Source of the DNA: Eledone cirrhosa
Lineage: Eukaryota
Direction: 5' to 3'
Length of the DNA stretch: 64,000 bases
Assembly: GCA_964016885.1 (NCBI GenBank)
Contig: CAXHJY010000001.1
Coordinates: 434,001 to 498,000 of the forward strand
This document shows, piece by piece, positions 39,480-52,477 of this stretch. A program made the position numbers and the translations under genes. The notes below the pieces were generated by a model, which made no database searches, was not told the origin of the DNA, and saw nothing but the letters and a program-made list of their open reading frames with translations. Within the stretch, counting starts at the first letter, position 1; each line of letters starts with the position of its first letter.

Positions 39480-42035
39480 TTCTGGTTACTTTTCGATATG
39501 GTGGATGGACTAAGAAATTTCTGGAGAGTCTGAAGAATCTGGACACTCGAAGACAATGCCAAAGATAACGACAAATTCACGTCATGCTGCCGGACGAAAG
39601 GGCAAGGCCCCCTCCTCTTTGTTGCGGCCGCGGATGGCCAACATAACCCCAACCCCATCCCCCTCACCCCTCCCTGCGCCCTACCCACCAAACGCAATCC
39701 AAAACTTCAGAGTTGGTACCATGAATGTAGGCACCTTAAAAGGCCGCTCTAACGAGGTTGTAGAAATGCTTGAACGTAAGGAGATTGATGTTTGCTGTAT
39801 CCAAGAGACCAGGTGGAGGGGCGGGTCTGCTAGATTCATTGTGGGTAAAAACGATGCTATAAGCTTTTCTGGCTGGGAAATGACAATGGGCTGGGTGGGG
39901 TAGGAATCATGTTAGCAGAAAAATGGGTGGATAAGATAATAGACGTAAATAGAGTGAATGACAGAATAATTAAAATAAGACTTGTTCAAAATAGTACTAC
40001 TGTGACAGCAATATCTGCGTACGCGCCCCAATCCGGACTGCCTGGCGCTATAAAAGACAGATTCTATGAGACACTGATGCTCACTACCTCCCAAATAACT
40101 GACAGTGACTATATAACTATTGCTGGCGACCTAAATGGTCACATTGGACAACATTGTGATGGTTATGACGGAATCCACGGAGGCTATGGATTTGGTACTA
40201 GAAATGAGGAAGGCTCCAGAACCCTGGAATTCTGTGACGCAAATAGGCTAACTATCTGTAAGGACGAGACGTACTCGACAGCAGAAGAGGACTATCCTCA
40301 AGAGAAAAATATGGAAGCTAAAGGACCCCACAGCCAGAAATAAATTTAAAAGCATATTACTTGATGCTTTCGACAGTAAGGAAGATCATTTAGAGTCGTA
40401 CAATATAGAGGAACAGTGGGAATTCCTGAAAGCAAACCTGCTGATGGCGGCAGACGAAGTCTGTGGCCGGAGCAGGCCTATAGGCAGGAGGAGAGTAACA
40501 TGGTGGTGGAACAGTAAGGTGGAGGAGTCGATTAAGGCCAAACAGCCGGTGTTGATGAATGGCTTGTGAGAGCTATACAAGCCATGTATAAAGAAACAGT
40601 CAGCAAGGTTAGAATTAACAACGAATATAGTGAAGAGTTTAGCATAAAATTTGGTGTTCATCAGGGCTCCGTTCTTAGCCCTCTACTATTTATTATTGCC
40701 CTTCAGACTATAACAGTGGAGTTCAAGACCGGCTGCCCATGGGAACTCCTATACGCAGATGATCTAACGCTCATAGCTGAATCAATAGCCGAACTAGAGA
40801 AGAAATTCCAAACATGGAAGCATGGCCTAGAATCAAAAGGCCTTAAAATTAACCTGTCTAAGACTAAAGTTCTAGTTTGTAGGAAGGAAAATAGGGCGCC
40901 GGTCCCATCCGGGAAATGGCCATGCTCAGTGTGTAGGAAAGGAGTAGGTAGAAACTCCATTTTATGTCCCAAATGCAAAGTATGGGTGCATAAAAGATGT
41001 AGTGGGATCACAAGTAAGCTAACTAAGAACATAGATTTTATATGTGGCCGGTGCTCTGGTGCAATAAGTAGCAGCAAGTGCCCACAGAATACTAGCTCAT
41101 TCCATTGCACAGATGGTTCTATAGAAATAGTGGACAGTTTCCGTTACCTGGGTGACAAAATCAGCAGTGGGGGAGGGTGCTCTGAAAGTACAGTAGCTAG
41201 AGTCAGAACTGGATGGAAAAAGTTCAGAGAGCTTATACCACCATTAACCGCTAAAGGGTTCTCCCTAAAAATTAAAGGCAGGTTATACGATGCCTGCATA
41301 CGAACAGCAATGCTGCATGGCAGTGAGACCTGAGAGGAACGAAGCTTGCATGCTCCGCTGGATGTGTAATAGTAATATATGTGAACGGCAAAGCATAAAC
41401 GAACTAAGGGAAAAATTAGAAACAAGAGGGATCAGATGTTGTTTACTCGAGAGAAGGCTACGTTGGTATGGTCACGTGATGCGCATGAAAGACGACAGCT
41501 GTATAAAAAAGTGCAGAGCACTCAAAGTTGAAGGGAGCTATGGAGATGTTGGAAGAGTTGGGATGAGTTGATAAAAGCTGACCTTGCACAATTGCACCTC
41601 TCAAAGGGTATGACACAGGACCATGATCTCTGGCACTATGCTATCATACAGAAAATCCACCTTCCCATATGAAGGGGCTGAGGCATACATCTAGTATGCA
41701 CCACCTTCCATCCCATAGACCTTCCACGTTGTAGTCACCCCACCCTTATATCTACCTCCTCAATTCCCCATGCATCTCACCCACCCAAGTCCCCAAACAA
41801 CACTATATAAGTGGTCAGCTTGGCGCCACGACAATGAATGCCCAATCGACACTGGAAAGTGGTCGTGTTGGTAACATGACTAAAAGAACCCAGTACACAT
41901 TGTTATTGGCATTAGGACAACCAGACATAGAAATGAAGCCAAAATCAGTTCTGTGTGAGCAAAACATGGTCCTCTGACATGGCTCATCTAACCCATGCTA
42001 GCGTGGAAAATGGACGTTGAATGATGAAGATGATA
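39480..42035 (+). mobile_element. Internally deleted, frameshifted RTE-clade LINE (endonuclease, partial RT, 3' UTR)
   Basis: APE motifs GTMNVGTL, CIQETRW, SAYAPQ, GDLNGHIG. RT motifs GVHQGSVLSP, LLYADDL. RRLRWYGHV; ends ggacgttgaatgatgaagatgat. 5' boundary approximate. Confidence 0.9.
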
Positions 42036-42240
42036 TCTGCATACACAGGGTCGGTGACAGACTAGCTGGCACCCTAGGCAAGCTGACAATCTGGCACCCT
42101 CAAAGGAAAATATCAATTTCAAAATTTATAAACAAAAAAATATTTGTTTTATATTTTCACCATGTATTTGTCCCTGTATGAAATAAAACTGAAATATATC
42201 TATTTATTTATTTGTTTTAAATTGTTTAATTGGAGAAATG

Positions 42241-43056
42241 CCCCACTTGAAATCAATGCCCTAGGCAGTGCCACTTGAAATCAGCGCCCTAGGCAGTGCC
42301 ACTTGAAATCAGCGCCCTAGGCAGTGCCACTTGAAATCAATGCCCTAGGCAGTGCCCCTTGAAATCTGTGCCCTAGGCAGTGCCACTTGAAATCAGCGCC
42401 CTAGGCAGTGCCACTTGAAATCAATGCCCTAGGCAGTGCCACTTGAAATCAATGCCCTAGGCAGCTCCACTTGAAATCAGTGCCCTAGGCAGTGCCACTT
42501 AAATTCAGCGCCCTAGGCAGTGCCACTTGAAATCAATGCCCTAGGCAGTGCCACTTGAAATCAGCGCCCTAGGCAGTGCCACTTGAAATCAATGCCCTAG
42601 GCAGTGCCACTTGAAATCAATGCCCTAGGCAGCTCCACTTGAAATCAATGCCCTAGGTAGTGCCACTTGAAATCAATGCCCTAGGTAGTGCCACTTGAAA
42701 TCAATGCCCTAGGCAGTGCCACTTGAAATCAGTGCCACTTGAAATCAGTGCCCTAGGCAGTGCCACTTGAAATCAATGCCCTAGGTAGTGCCACTTGAAA
42801 TCAATGCCCTAGGCAGTGCCACTTGAAATCAGTGCCACTTGAAATCAGTGCCCTAGGCAGTGCCCCTTGAAATCAGTGCCCTAGGCAGTGCCCCTTGAAA
42901 TCAGTGCCCTAGGCAGTGCCACTTGAAATCAGAGCCCTAGGCAGTGCCCCTTGAAATCAATGCCCTAGGCAGTGCCACTTGAAATCAATGCCCTAGGCAG
43001 TGCCACTTGAAATCAATGCCCTAGGCAGTGCCACTTGAAATCAGTGCCCTAGGCAC
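42241..43056. repeat. 28-bp minisatellite (ccacttgaaatcaatgccctaggcagtg), probably inside a MITE-like element starting near 42046
   Basis: Period 28 (42243, 42271); the upstream segment cagggtcgg...gcaccctaggc shares the ccctaggc motif. Confidence 0.9.
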
Positions 43057-43069
43057 TTTGTTTCATTGG

Positions 43070-43559
43070 TATGTGTGTGATTGCACCTATGTAAATACCT
43101 GACGTGTGTGTACATGTATATATATATGTGTGTGTGATTGCACCTATGTAAATACCTGACGTGTGTGTACATGTATATATATATATATATGTGTGTGTGT
43201 GTGATTGCACCTATGTAAATACCTGACGTGTGTGTACATGTATATATATATATATGTGTGTGTGTGTGATTGCACCTATGTAAATACCTGACATGTGTGT
43301 ACATGTATATATATATGTGTGTGTGTGTGTGATTGCACCTATGTAAATACCTGACGTGTGTGTACATATATATATATATGTGTGTGTGTGTGTGATTGCA
43401 CCTATGTAAATACCTGCCATGTGTGTACATGTATATATATATGTGTGTGTGTGTGTGTATCTGTTACATTGACGTAAGTTGAAAAACCTCTGTATAGTTT
43501 AGTCACTGTGATGGGTCACCAGTAAAGATAGATATCAATCTATGTATATATATATACAT

Positions 43560-43630
<71 letters not shown>

Positions 43631-43633
43631 CAT

Positions 43634-43666
<33 letters not shown>

Positions 43667-43979
43667 CATACACACACACACACATATATATATATACATA
43701 CACACACACACGCATATATATATATAGATACACACACACATATATATATATATATACATACACACACACATATATACATACACACACACATATATATACA
43801 TACACGCACACACATATATATACATACACACACACACACATATATATATATATACATACACACACATATATATATATATATATACATACACACACACACA
43901 TATATATATACATACACACACACACACATATACGTGTGTGTGTGTCTGTGTATGCATATACTCATATATATATATATAC

Positions 43980-44022
<43 letters not shown>
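43070..44022. repeat. ~55-65-bp tandem (tgattgcacctatgtaaatacctgacg + microsatellite) followed by a (TA)/(CA) compound microsatellite
   Basis: Six copies of the core at 43078-43416; dinucleotide tracts at 43540-44022. Confidence 0.85.
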
Positions 44023-44221
44023 AATGAAAAAGTATAGAAATTATTATATATTATATATAATTAACAACAAAGAACGCTTAGAGCATAGGTATATCTTTAC
44101 TTGCTGACAGTGTTTCGTCCACACTATAAGTGGGACTCATCAGAGCATAAGAGTGGATAAGTGGTGTGTTACACACTCCTGATCCTCTCCCTTATATACT
44201 ATATATTATATATATATACAT

Positions 44222-44548
44222 GGAGGCACATGGCTTAGTGGTTAGAGCATTGGCCTTGCAATCGAAAGGTTGTGAGTTCAATTCTCAGACCAGGTGATGT
44301 GTTGTTTCCTTGAGCGGGACACTTTATTTCACATTGCTCCAGTTTACTCAGCTGTAGAAATGAGATGATAGGGACTGGGGTCACTATCATTCCACTGCAA
44401 AGTGGTCGTGCAGGTGTCACGGAAAAAAAAGCACCCAGCACTCACTGAGAATGAGGTTGGTGTTAGGAAGAGCATCCAGCCAGAATCAGTTCCCGTCTCA
44501 CCCTTGCAAGCAGGGAAAAGTGGACGTAAAATGAAATGATGATGATGA
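44222..44548 (+). mobile_element. tRNA-derived CORE-like SINE, followed by a MetaSINE-like fragment (44553-44705)
   Basis: Same family as 30807-31140, with the fuller head ggaggcacatggcttagtgg. Confidence 0.85.
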
Positions 44549-44705
44549 TATATTATCGGTAGAGGATTGGACGCCATGCTTTCCAGCATAGTTACCTCCC
44601 TTTATGATCTGAGTTCAAATCCTGTCGAGGTTAACTTTGCCTTTCATGCTTACGGGGTCGATAGAATAAAGTACCAGTAATTCACTGGAATAATTGCTGG
44701 CCTTT

Positions 44706-46795
44706 ATAGAAGAATAAATGGGAGAAAGACAGTCTCCCCCACATCGAACCAATAGAGGGACCAGCAGTGTTAGTCGAAGGTAGTATAATAAGTAAGGCAA
44801 TCAAAAACATGAAGACGGGTAAGGCGGCTGGGCCTTCAGAAATAGTTGCTGAAACGCTGAAAGCTTCTGGAACGGTAAACCAAATCATACAGAATGAGGT
44901 TGTTCCGAAGGACTGGCGTAGCAGCATCATCATTAACTGCTACAAGGGTAAAGGAGATGCCCTAGATAGGAGTAACTATAGAGGCATTAAATTAATCGAC
45001 AAGGTCATGAAGGTCACAGAAAAAGTAATAGCGCAACTAATCAGAGAGAGAATTGATCTAGATGAAATGCAGTTCGGGTTTGTGTCAGGTAAAAGTACCA
45101 CAGACGCTCTTTTCATTGTACGACAACTACAGGAGAAGTACTTAGCTAAAAGTAAACCCCTGTACTTAGCTTTTGTCGACTTGGAGAAAGCCTTCGACAG
45201 AGTTCCCCGTTCCATTATCTGGTGGGCTCTTAGAAAACTCGGTGTTGATGAATGGCTTGTGAGAGCTATACAAGCCATGTATAAAGAAACAGTTAGCAAG
45301 GTTAGAATTAACAATGAATATAGTGAAGAGTTTAGCATAAAAGTTGGTGTCCATCAAGGCTCTGTTCTTAGCCCCCTACTATTTATTATTGCCCTTCAGG
45401 CTATAACAGAGGAGTTCAAGACCGGCTACCGATGGGAACTCCTATACGCAGATGATCTAACGCTCATAGCTGAATCAATGGCCGAACTAGAGAAGAAATT
45501 TCAAACATGGAAGCATGGCCTAGAATCAAAAGGCCTTAAAATTAACCTGTCTAAGACTAACGTTCTAGTTTGTAAGAAAGAAAATAAGGCGGCGGTCCCT
45601 TCCGGGAAATGGCCATGCTCAGTGTGTAGGAAAGGCGTAAGTAGAACCTCCATTTTATGTCCCAAATGCAAAGTATGGGTGCATAAAAGATGTAGTGGGA
45701 TCACAGGTAAGCTAACTAAGAACATAGATTTTACATGTGACCAGTGCTCTGGTGCAATAAGTAGCAGCAATTGCCCACAAAATACTAGTTCTTTCAATTG
45801 CGCAGATGGTTCTATAGAAATAGTGGACAGCTTCCGTTACCTGGGTGACAAAATCAGCAGTGGGGGAGGGTGCTCTGAAAGTACAGTAGCTAGAGTCAGA
45901 ACTGGATGGAAAAAGTTCAGAGAGCTTATACCAATATTAGCCGCTAAAGGGTTCTCCCTAAAAATGAAAGGCAGGCTGTATGATGCCTGCATACGAACAG
46001 CAATGTTGCATGGCAGTGAGACCTGGGCATTATGTGCAGAGGATATACGCAGACTAGAGAGGAATGAAGCTTGCATGCTCCGCTGGATGTGTAATAGTAA
46101 TATACGCGAACGGCAAAGCATAAACGAACTAAGGAAAAAATTAGAAATAAGAGGGATCAGATGTTGTTTACTCGAGAGAAGGCTACGTTGGTATGGTCAC
46201 GTGATGCGCATGAAAGACGACAGCTGTATAACAAAGTGCAGGGCAATACAGATAGACGGTAGCCACGGAGTAGGCAGACCCAGAAAAACCTGGGACGAGC
46301 TGATAAATTCCGACCTCACACACTTACACCTCTCCAAGACAGTGTCACTGGACCGAGACCTTTGGCGGTACTCAGTAATAGAGAAGACCTGCCTTGCTTA
46401 TGTACAAAGTGAAACCTACTACAGTCAGTAGGCATATCTAACAAGATGCACCCCCGTCCCACCACCCCCACCCCATCCACACCGCCCCTTTCCATGTAAA
46501 GTTATGTTGGTGCCACAACATCCAGGCCGAAACAAATGAGATCGTGTAGGTGTCACGACAAAAAAACACACAGTCCACGCTGTAATGTGGCCGTGTAGGC
46601 AACACGGTAAAAACCTCCCAGCCCCGCACTGTAAATGCGGTTGGTGTTAGGAAGGGCATCCAGTTGTAGAAAACCCGCCAGACAGTCCTATGCGAGCAAT
46701 GACAACCACTCTTGCCTCAAGTGGGAAAACTCCCGTCCAAACCCATGCAAGCGTGGAACATGGACGTTAAACGATGATGATGATGATGATGATGA

Positions 46796-46799
<4 letters not shown>
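44706..46799 (+). mobile_element. 5'-truncated RTE-clade LINE with 3' UTR and (GAT)n tail
   Basis: Contains the RT ORF at 44767-46431; ends ggacgttaaac(gat)n. Confidence 0.92.
44767..46431 (+). CDS. RTE reverse transcriptase (N-terminally truncated) with a PHD-like Cys/His insert
   Basis: KAAGPSEI, NYRGIKL, QFGF, FVDLEKAFDRV, GVHQGSVLSP, YADD, CSVC..CPKC..H..C..CDQC, LRWYGHV, GRPRKTW. Confidence 0.88.
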   Translation: MLVEGSIISKAIKNMKTGKAAGPSEIVAETLKASGTVNQIIQNEVVPKDWRSSIIINCYKGKGDALDRSNYRGIKLIDKVMKVTEKVIAQLIRERIDLDEMQFGFVSGKSTTDALFIVRQLQEKYLAKSKPLYLAFVDLEKAFDRVPRSIIWWALRKLGVDEWLVRAIQAMYKETVSKVRINNEYSEEFSIKVGVHQGSVLSPLLFIIALQAITEEFKTGYRWELLYADDLTLIAESMAELEKKFQTWKHGLESKGLKINLSKTNVLVCKKENKAAVPSGKWPCSVCRKGVSRTSILCPKCKVWVHKRCSGITGKLTKNIDFTCDQCSGAISSSNCPQNTSSFNCADGSIEIVDSFRYLGDKISSGGGCSESTVARVRTGWKKFRELIPILAAKGFSLKMKGRLYDACIRTAMLHGSETWALCAEDIRRLERNEACMLRWMCNSNIRERQSINELRKKLEIRGIRCCLLERRLRWYGHVMRMKDDSCITKCRAIQIDGSHGVGRPRKTWDELINSDLTHLHLSKTVSLDRDLWRYSVIEKTCLAYVQSETYYSQ

Positions 46800-46831
<32 letters not shown>

Positions 46832-46909
46832 CTCTTATCTTATTGAGCCCTCTCCAGATTTTGGTGTTTGTATTTATTATTAACTACTCTCTCACTTCTC
46901 TCTCTCTCT

Positions 46910-47245
46910 ATGGCTTAGTGGTTAGAGCATTGGCCTTGCAATCGAAAGGTTGTGAGTTCAATTCTCAAACTGGGTGATGTGTTGTTTCCTTGAGCAAGAC
47001 ACTTTATTTCACATTGCTCCAGTTTACTCAGCTGTAGAAATGAGATGATAGGGATTGCGGTCCCTATCATTCCACTGCAAAGTGGTCGTGGAGGTGCCAC
47101 AGCAAAAAAGCACCCAGCACTCACTGTAAATGAGGTTGGTGTTAGGAAGGACATCCAGCTGTAGAAATCAAGCCAGAATCAGTTTCCGTCCCACCCTCGC
47201 AACCAGGGAAAAGTGGACGTAAAATGATGATGATGATGATGATGA
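46910..47245 (+). mobile_element. tRNA-derived CORE-like SINE within a duplicated block (46800-47580 ~ 30710-31420)
   Basis: Same flanks as the 30807 copy. Confidence 0.85.
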
Positions 47246-47396
47246 TACATATATATATATGTATATATATATATACATAAAACTCTTATCTTATTGAGCC
47301 CTCTCTAGGTTTTGGTCTTTGTATTTATTATTAACTACTCTCTCTCTCTTCTCTCTCTTCTCTCTCTCTTCTCTCTCTTCTCTCTCTCTCTCTCTG

Positions 47397-47428
<32 letters not shown>

Positions 47429-47643
47429 GTGCTGCTGCTGCTGACATACTTAATGATAAAGAAGAAGATATACATTTCATTTTTTAATGTTTTCTTTAAT
47501 GTTTTCTTACAGTGTCACATGAAGCAATTTCTCTGGTCTCACATTTTCAAAATTCAAATAATGTCTACCATGTAAAATATGAAAATATCAGAAATTAATG
47601 TGAATTATTAAATATATTTAGACTTCCATATTTTTATTTTCAG

Positions 47644-47781
47644 TCTGTAAAACAGGTAAATTTGGAGCCAACTGTAAATACACATGTCACTGCGCAGATA
47701 ACAGCAGGTGTAACAAAGAGACAGGTGTGTGTTCAGGTGGAGGATGTGCTGTTGGTTATGAAGGTAGCAACTGTCAGACAG
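47644..47781 (+). CDS. Exon H: EGF repeat (CKTGKFGANCKYTCHCADNSRCNKETGVCSGGGCAVGYEGSNCQT)
   Basis: ttttcag acceptor, gtaagt donor, 138 bp, phase 1-1. Confidence 0.9.
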
Positions 47782-47944
47782 GTAAGTGGTGTAGTATAGC
47801 TTTGTTTCTAACTTAATATATTGGGTTATTACATGGAAGGGAAACATGTATGCTACATGTGTTAGAAGTGACATGATTTATCGGAGCAAGGAGCTGTCCT
47901 TCGACCGCATACTCATGCAGAACATTCCATATTTTTATTTTCAG

Positions 47945-48099
47945 GGTGTAAAACAGGTAAATTTGGACCTAACTGTAAACACACATGTCACTGTACTAAC
48001 AACAGCAGGTGTAACAAACAGCTAGATGTAACACAGAGACAGGTGTGTGTTCCAGTGAAGTGTGTGGTGATGGTTATGAAGATAGCAACTGTAAGACAG
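47945..48099 (+). pseudogene. Exon I: degenerate EGF exon with a 17-bp insertion (ctagatgtaacacagag) causing a frameshift
   Basis: Good acceptor and CKTGKFGPNCKHTCHCTNNSRCNKQ start; length 155 = 138+17; weak gtgtgt donor. Confidence 0.7.
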
Positions 48100-48136
48100 G
48101 TGTGTTACAGTAGAGGGTGTGGTGCTGGTTATGAAG

Positions 48137-48820
48137 AAGTGGTACATAGTTTCTGTTACTTGCAGTGGAGGAAGGTGTTCTGAAAGCACAGTAGCCAGTG
48201 TGAGAATGGGTTGAAGAAAGGTCAGTGAGCTACTAAATCCCCACCCCTCACCCATGCCCCTAAATCTACCTCCTCAATACCCATGCAACTGCCCTACTCA
48301 AGTCCCCAGTCCACGCTGTAAAGTGGTTGTGATAGTGCCACAACGAAAATGCCCAGCCCACACTATAAAGTGGTCATGTTGGTGACACAAAATGTGCCCA
48401 GCCCTCATTGTAAAGTGGTTGTGACAGTGCCACAACAAAATGTGCCCAGCCCACACTATAAAGTGCTTGTGATAGTGCCACAACAAAAAGTGCCTAGCCC
48501 ACACTATAAAGTGCTTGTGATAGTGCCACAACAAAAAGTGCCCAGCACACACTGTAAAATGGTTGTGATAATGCCACAACAAAAAGTGCTCAGCTCTCAT
48601 TGTAAAGTGGCCAAGTTGGTGACACAACAAAAAGTGCCCAGTCCACACTGTAAAGTGGTTGGCATTTGGAAGGGCATCCAGCCATCAAAACCAATCCCAA
48701 ATCAGTTCTGCATAAGCAAGACATGGCCATCTGACCCAACTTTTCTCACAATGGGACAGTATATCTAACCCATGCTAGTATAGAAAATGGACATTAAATG
48801 GTAATGATGAGGATGATGAT
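48137..48820 (+). mobile_element. Degraded RTE remnant whose 3' UTR is expanded into a ~48-bp tandem (48300-48660)
   Basis: Residual homology to SFRYL..SGGGCSESTVARVRTGWKKFREL; unit gtgcccagcccacactataaagtg..; ggaagggcatccagc and (gat)n tail. Confidence 0.7.
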
Positions 48821-48882
48821 TATCTTGTATAGTGTTATATGTTGTTGTTGTTGTCATTGTTCTCATATTTTTATTTCCACAG

Positions 48883-49020
48883 TCTGTAGAAATGGTATAT
48901 TTGGAGCCAACTGTGGCAACACATGTCACTGTGTTGACAACAGTAAATGTAACAAACAGACAGGTATGTGTTCTAGTGGAGGATGTACTGCTGGTTATGA
49001 AGGTAGCAACTGTCAGACAG
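48883..49020 (+). CDS. Exon J: EGF repeat (CRNGIFGANCGNTCHCVDNSKCNKQTGMCSSGGCTAGYEGSNCQT)
   Basis: ttccacag acceptor, gtaagt donor, 138 bp. Confidence 0.9.
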
Positions 49021-49294
49021 GTAAGTGGTGTAGTATAGCTTTGTTTATAACTTAATATAGTGGGTCAAGACAACAGCAGGTGTAACATACAGAGAGGTGT
49101 AACAAACAGCGAGATGTAACACAGAGACAGGTGTGTGTTCCAATGAAGTGTGTTGTGTAGTATAGCTTAGTCTGTAGCTTAATATATTGAAACAAAACAA
49201 CATCAGGTGTAACATAGAGACAGGTGTATGTTCTAGTGGAGGATGTGCTGCTGGTTATGAAGGTAGCAACTGTCAGAGAGTTAAGTAGTATAGT

Positions 49295-50187
49295 AATTAA
49301 ACTTTCTATTACCATATTTCTAATGAAAGACACTGTATATGTCATTAACCCTTTCATTACCATATTTCTAATGAAAGACACTATATATGTCATTAACCCT
49401 TTCATTACCATATATCTAATGAAAGACACTGTCTATGTCATTAACCCTTTCATTACCATATTTCTAATGAAAGACACTACCTATGTCATTAACCCTTTCA
49501 TTACCATATTTCTAATGAAAGACACTACCTATGTCATTAACCCTTTCATTACCATATTTCTAATGAAAGACACTGTATATGTCATTAACCCTTTCATTAC
49601 AATATTTCTAATGAAAGACACTGTCTATGTCATTAACCCTTTCGTTACCATATATCTAATGAAAGACACTGTATATGTCATTAACCCTTTCATTACCATA
49701 TTTCTAGTGAAAGACACTGTATATGGCATTAACCCTTTCATTACCATATTTCTAGTGAAAGACACTGTCTTTGTCATTAACCCTTTCATTACCATATTTC
49801 TAATGAAAGACACTGTCTATGTCATTAACCCTTTCATTACCATATTTCTAATGAAGGACACTGTATATGTCATTAACCCTTTCATTACCATATTTCTAAT
49901 GAAGGACACTGTCTATGTCATTAACCCTTTCATTACCATATATCTAATGAAAGACACTGTATATGTCATTCACCCTTTCATTACCATATATCTAATGAAA
50001 GATACTGTCTATGTCATTAACCCTTTCATTACCATATTTCTAATGAAAGACACTCTATGTCATTAAGCCTTTCATTACCATATTTCTAATGAAAGACACT
50101 GCCTGTGTCATTAACCCTTTCATTACCATATATCTAATGAAAGACACTGTCTATGTCATTAACCCTTTCATTACCATATTTCTAATA
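49295..50187. repeat. 48-bp minisatellite, array 1
   Basis: Unit ttaaccctttcattaccatatttctaatgaaagacactgtctatgtca; 16-aa periodicity. Confidence 0.96.
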
Positions 50188-50553
50188 AGGTAAGTAATGT
50201 AGCATAACTTTGTTGTAGCATAATATATTGAAACAAAACAACAGCAGGTGTAACTTAGAGACAGGTGTGTGTTCCTATTGAAAGTGTGACATCGCAACTC
50301 ATTTCTATAGCTGAGTATCTTGAGCAACATGAAATAAAGTGAGTTGTACAAGAACACAAAACACAGCAAGATTCAGGCATCGAACTCACAACTTTATGAT
50401 TGTAAGCCTGACGCTCTTACCACTAATCCTTGCGCCTTCAATAGATATAATATAGAGGAATAGATATAGTATAACTATAGATATAATATAGGTTGTAGGG
50501 ATAGAGTACAGATGATATAGATATAAAATAGTTGATATCACTATAGTATAGAT

Positions 50554-52369
50554 TAGGGGTCATTATATCCCTGGCCCATAGGCCACATCTGGCCCACGGG
50601 TCACATCTGACCTGCCGACAGGTTTCAATCTTAGACTAAGCAATCTCCTGAAAAAGTGTTCTGAATTATTTGGGATTAAAATACCAACTAGAGAACACGT
50701 CTAACCTCAAGACTCACTTAACTGAACGTAATGTTTTAATGTGACAGTAAGAAACAATCAAACTCAGAGAGATAGAATAGTCAGACATCGAGGTCAAAGG
50801 GACTGTGTGTGTGTATTCGTGTATATATGTACATACATAGTATCTGTATGGCAGGGATGTGAAATGACCCAGACTTACCTAAAAATGTCAGTATGTCTGA
50901 CATAGTTATTTCATTTCATCCTCAAAATTGTTCATTTTAGTTAACTGTCTGGTAGTAAAACATCTGTAAGGGACTGTATTTGATAATAATCAATGTTTAT
51001 TTATTTTTCTATGTTAAAAGTGTTCAGTATTATTAGAAGTAAATATGTTCAATGAACAAATGGCAACCCTGGTTTAAATACACTGCCAGGTGTCATGGCT
51101 TTGTCAGAGTTTATTAAAATTGTCAGAGTATTTTATTATATTACTGCATTCATTTTTACATATGTTCTCATTACTTATTTGATATCATGGCCTGCCGACG
51201 AGACACTACATAGCAATGTGGCTTGCTGACAAGACACTACATAGCTATGTGGCCTGCCGATGAGACACTGCATAGCTATGTGGCCTGCTGGTGAGACACT
51301 CCATAGCTATGTGGCCTGCTGACAAGACACTACATAGCTATGTGGCCTGCTGGTGAGACACTCCATAGCAATGTGGCCTGCTGGTGAGACACTGCATAGC
51401 TATGTGTCCTGCTGACGAGACACTACATAGCTATGTGGCCTGCTGGTGAGACACTGCATAGCTATGTGTCCTGCTGACAAGACACTGCATAGCTATGTGG
51501 CCTGCTGACGAGACACTACATAGCTATGTGGCCTGCTGGTGAGACACTCTATAGCTATGTGGCCTGCTGACGAGACACTACATAGCTATGTGGCCTGCTG
51601 GTGAGACACTACATAGCTATGTGGCCTGCTGACGAGACACTACATAGCTATGTGGCCTGCTGGTGAGACACTGCATAGCTATGTGACCTGCTGACAAGAT
51701 ACTCCATAGCTATGTGGCCTGCTGACAAGACACTGCATAGCTATGTGGCCTGCTGCTGAAACACTGCATCGCTATGTGGCCTGCTGACAAGACACTGTAT
51801 AGCAATGTGGCCTGCTGGTGAGACACTCCATAGCTATGTAGCCTGCTGAAAAGACACTACATAGCTACGTGGCCTGCTGGTGAGACACTCCATAGCTATG
51901 TGGCCTGCTGACAAGACACTGTATAGCAATGTGGCCTGCTGACAAGACACTCCATAGCTATGTGGCCTGCTGACAAGACACTGTATAGCTATGTGGCCTG
52001 CTGGTGAGACACTCCATAGCTATGTGGCCTGCTGACAAGACACTGTATAGCAATGTGGCCTGCTGACAAGACACTCCATAGCAATGTGGCCTGCTGACAA
52101 GACACTACATAGCTATGTGGCCTGCTGACAAGACACTGTATAGCAATGTGGCCTGCTGACAAGACACTCCATAGCAATGTGGCCTGCTGACAAGACACTA
52201 CATAGCTATGTGGCCTGCTTGACAAGACACTGTATAGCAATGTGAGCAACTGACAAGACACTTCCCAACAATGTGGCCTGCCAGTGAGACACTGCATAGC
52301 AATGTGGCCTGCCTGTGTGAGACTCCATAGCAATGTGGCCCGCACACCCCAAAAGGATGCCGACTTCTG
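50554..52369. mobile_element. Non-autonomous hAT (Charlie-like) element with an internal 31-bp array (~51188-52340)
   Basis: 8-bp duplication gtatagat at 50546-50553 and 52370-52377; termini taggggtc...gacttctg; ggccc subterminal motifs. Confidence 0.8.
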
Positions 52370-52477
52370 GTATAGATGACAACACTATAATATATATGAT
52401 ATAATATTGTGATATTTATTATCTTGTATAGTGTAAATGTTGTTATAATTGTCATTGTTCTCATATTTTATTTCCAG

